A stretch of 16,790 bases of DNA from assembly GCA_048940925.1 (NCBI GenBank), contig JBHLOC010000053.1, positions 6,823 through 23,612 on the forward strand. The letters run 5' to 3'. The first letter of the stretch is position 1, and each line of letters opens with the position of its first letter. This document shows, piece after piece, positions 16,230-16,790 of this stretch. The DNA comes from Promethearchaeota archaeon (GTDB lineage Archaea > Asgardarchaeota > Lokiarchaeia > Sigyniarchaeales > SOKP01). The notes under the pieces were generated by a model that made no database searches, was not told the DNA's origin, and saw nothing but the letters and a program-made list of their open reading frames with translations. A program made the translations under genes and the position numbers.

Positions 16230-16790
16230 TTATTCTTTCTTATAGTTCTTTCCTACAGTAAAAGCATTTTCAATAAATTCTCCGACTTTCCAATACTTAT
16301 TACGTGAATATACAAAAGGTTTTAGTTTTGTAATATCTGGTAATTCTTCAGTTAAATAAGATTCATCTGCATAAGCACCCTCTATTTTTCCTATAAAAAA
16401 GTCATGTCCTTCCTTGATATCTACAACTTCTTTTATTTTAATCGATTTAACGACTTTGCACTCAAGATTCAAGGGTGCGTTTGTAATCATTGGTGCTGTT
16501 TTAAGATCACCGTAAAAAACATCAAACACTTCTGATTTATCTACTTCTTTCCCTGATGTTATACCACAATAATCAGTAACCTCAACCATGCCTTCTGAAG
16601 GAGTATTAACACTAAAGGTGCCATTCTCTCTAATACCTCGATTAGTATAATGATTTTCATAAGATGAAATTGCTATTAATGGAATCTTCGATTCTACCAT
16701 TCCAACATATGCTAAAGTCTCAAAATTGGGTTTACTATCCACATTTGCTCCAATAAGAACTACCGGCATAGGAAACAAATAGGCTCCAAC
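16230..16790 (-). CDS. Flavin reductase-like FMN-binding protein (flavoredoxin family), 5' truncated
   Basis: PMPVVLIG, KPN, HYTNRGIRENGTFSVN, DYCGITSG, APMITNAPLNLECKV, HDFFIGKI. Frame stays open to the window end (VGAYLFPM...). Confidence 0.9.
   Translation of the reverse strand, partial: VGAYLFPMPVVLIGANVDSKPNFETLAYVGMVESKIPLIAISSYENHYTNRGIRENGTFSVNTPSEGMVEVTDYCGITSGKEVDKSEVFDVFYGDLKTAPMITNAPLNLECKVVKSIKIKEVVDIKEGHDFFIGKIEGAYADESYLTEELPDITKLKPFVYSRNKYWKVGEFIENAFTVGKNYKKE

Overview
AT-rich (roughly 30% GC by eye) chromosomal window with archaeal-style promoters (BRE/TATA) and oligo-T terminators. Gene content and style suggest an anaerobic archaeon, most likely Asgard/Lokiarchaeia (inference, no marker gene in the window). 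From left to right: a 5'-truncated MJ0448-like metallo-beta-lactamase, three ICMT/PEMT-family membrane methyltransferases (one split by a frameshift in a T7 tract), a decayed ketopantoate-reductase remnant missed by the ORF track, two exported/surface proteins (GATase-like plus a Ca-binding-motif C-terminal domain; an 8-repeat beta-propeller with a C-terminal anchor), Hsp20, an MFS transporter, a hypothetical protein, a cold-shock protein, an enoyl-CoA hydratase, a compact cooF-cooS-FNOR operon (monofunctional Ni,Fe-CO dehydrogenase with all cluster ligands intact, no cooC or regulator nearby), a divergent GPP34 (GOLPH3/Vps74-family) gene, an orphan beta-class DNA methyltransferase, and a 5'-truncated flavoredoxin-like gene. 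No rRNA, tRNA, CRISPR array or mobile element was recognised.
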